Source: Octopus bimaculoides
Taxonomy: Eukaryota
DNA length: 64,000 nucleotides
Assembly (NCBI RefSeq): GCF_001194135.2
Contig: NC_069001.1
Span: 21,938,984 to 22,002,983, forward strand
Reading direction: 5' to 3'
The notes below the pieces were generated by a model. That model was not told where the DNA came from. It saw nothing but the letters and a program-made list of their open reading frames with translations, and did no database searches. Below, in pieces: positions 61,828 to 64,000 of the stretch. The position numbers and the translations under genes are program-made. Numbering within the stretch: the first letter of the stretch is position 1; each line of letters opens with the position of its first letter.

Positions 61828-62032
61828 GAGGTGGCTGGCAGAGTCGTTAGCATGCCGAGCAAGATACTTAGCAGCATTTCGTCGGTCTTTACGTCCCGAT
61901 TTCATATTCCGCCACGGTTGACTTTGCCTTTCCTGCTTCCGCAATCGATAAAATACGTGCCAGTTGAGCACTGGATCGATTTAATCGACAATCTCTTTCT
62001 CCAAAATTACTGGTCTTGCGCTAAAGTTTTGT
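61828..62032 (+). mobile_element. tRNA-derived SINE family A
   Basis: Matches the other family A copies. Confidence 0.85.
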
Positions 62033-62474
62033 AACTAATACCTATCTGAATATGTTTAAATAAATAAGTGCTCCACTGTGAATTGCCTAGTTTTTGTGTG
62101 GTTTTCTATCTCGGTTACTATTGTCATGTGACTTTACATTTAAACTTCTGAGTGTGTTACCTTTTTAATAAGTAGTGTAATGTTCTTCTGTGTAAATTCC
62201 TGGTCGGTTGATGGAGAAATATTGAACTTGTGCTAAACTTTAGTCAGGGAACTTACCACGTGAGGGTTCATTTTTTAACTTAATATATTACATTGATTAT
62301 TTAAAGTTAGTTCTCTACCTTGCAGGCTAGCTCTTTCAGATTTATGAGAGGTGTTTCTATTTCTGTTTCTGTATAATGTTTTCTAGCATAGTTTGTGATT
62401 CAGTAGAATACATACGTATGTACGTACGTACACGCACGTATACACACACGGACGCATACATACATATATACGTT

Positions 62475-62525
62475 CATACATACATACATACATACATACA
62501 TACATACATACATACATACATACAT
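62475..62525. repeat. (TACA)n microsatellite
   Basis: Directly visible. Confidence 0.95.
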
Positions 62526-63879
62526 GCATATATGTTTGTGTATAAAGAAAGGAATACGCGGTGGAAAAAAACGTGTGCTTATATACGAGTGTGTCCATAC
62601 GAGAAGATTTGTGTTTTTGTTCGCGTGTGTGTATGTGTATGCCTATGTCTTTCTATGCTATACATTTTTCTGTTTGTTTTTAAGCCATAATCGTTAATTC
62701 TTCAAGGCTCGTTTCCTTCCATGCACTGCTAAATCCTCATATTTTATGCCATGTTTCTTTTTTAACCTTATTAACTGAATCATGGAATAAAATATATCTC
62801 GTAATGGAAACATCGTCTTCACTATTTTTCTCTATTGCTACTTCTTTTTTGCAAAGAAAACAATGGCCAGAGTTTATCGGGAGCTAAGTTACTGTCATTT
62901 TATAATATTTATGGCAAAGTACTGATCAGAAACAGAGAAGTAAAGAAAACAATGAACGTCTTGATAGACTGAACGTATTTATTTAGCAATGTAAATATAC
63001 AATGAATTGGTTGTACGTATTTGGCAATTTTATATGAAATGTTGGAGCAAAGGTGATGTTGTATATATAGTCCGCTGCCTAGCTAAATATACAATTGCGA
63101 AATCGGACATACTAATTAATTTACATTTCTCTTGACTGACGAATATTTTGGGTAAAATGACCTTGCTTAAGGAATCAAACACATAGATGTCATAAAGGTC
63201 GAAATCATAAACTTGTTGATAGTATCAGATTGTTATTTATGCTTTGTTTTTATTTAAATAATATCTAAAGGATAAGGTGTGAATATGAAAATAAAGAACA
63301 AAGCATATTTGTGAGTGAAATTGTATGCTTACGTTAGTGAATTATAGAATGAAAACAGGATAGCTTACTAATGCTTGGATGGAGAGATAATCGATGCTCC
63401 TATGAACTCCATTGGAAAGACCATTGGAATTGTTGATGTGAGTGAAAGTATGAAACCAAAACTTATCTGCTGCACCAGAATTGATTGCAGCAGTTCAAGA
63501 TGGAAATATCTAATGAAGGGAGAGTTGCTTTGATTACTTGCAACATGCTATAGATCTGACATTTTCCTTTAATAATAATTAAATATCCGATAGGTTAAAG
63601 CTACCACCTATTCCATACACACTCTGTTCGCTAGGTTCGACAGTGTTTCTTCTTCAAAATTACAATCGCAATACTTGGAGGAGTCCATGCCTTTAGGTAA
63701 ACACTGAATACGTGTATATACGTATAAATGCGTGGCTATCTATATGTTTACCTCTCTGTCTGTCTGTCTATCTATCTATCTATACATACATACATACATA
63801 AATTCATATAATATATATCATAATGATATTTATTCTCCGATTTTGAAGCTACAATTTTAAAATATAAACAAATGACCAA

Positions 63880-63985
63880 AAAATGATGCGCTAACCTCAG
63901 GCTGAATCGAACCCACAAATCGATGCTTTCATGGGTCCTTACGAATCTGATTGTAGCCAAACGCTCACCCATCAATTTCAGCCAA
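63880..63985 (-). pseudogene. tRNA-like relic or SINE head
   Basis: Minus strand A-box-like 'tggctgaaattg', B box 'gggttcgattc' and a downstream T6 run; the central region is too long and does not form a clean cloverleaf. Confidence 0.3.
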
Positions 63986-64000
63986 ATGTAGTTAATGTAT

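Overview
An AT-rich, repeat-saturated eukaryotic scaffold segment with 11 N-gaps, nearly all at microsatellites. The SINE and Penelope families resemble those I recall from Octopus genomes (inference; check by BLAST). No intact protein-coding gene is visible. The window is intronic or intergenic, with at most a few candidate exons of a minus-strand host gene (best 9071-9166). Decayed mobile elements: a near-full-length Tx1/L1-clade LINE (36.4-41.4 kb); several Penelope-like elements (PLEs) of two types (16.0-17.2 kb; Naiad-like at 11.1-12.5 and 59.2-60.8 kb); RLE-type and RTE LINE 3' ends; mariner, hAT and Chapaev3-like transposase remnants; Helitron-like non-autonomous elements; many tRNA-derived SINEs; and long palindromes, one centred on head-to-head TTAGGG repeats. 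The most interesting signal is a family of ~730-750 bp non-coding PLE-derived elements with terminal direct repeats and a conserved GTAAGT donor. They carry hammerhead core motifs in a non-circularly permuted order (NUH, then GAAA, then CUGAnGA), with apparent compensatory changes between copies (34.7, 48.4, 7.4 kb). Two conventional PLE hammerhead families and a Naiad-type GIY-YIG linker with TGA at a conserved Cys position (possible selenocysteine relic) are also present. All folds and alignments were done by eye.
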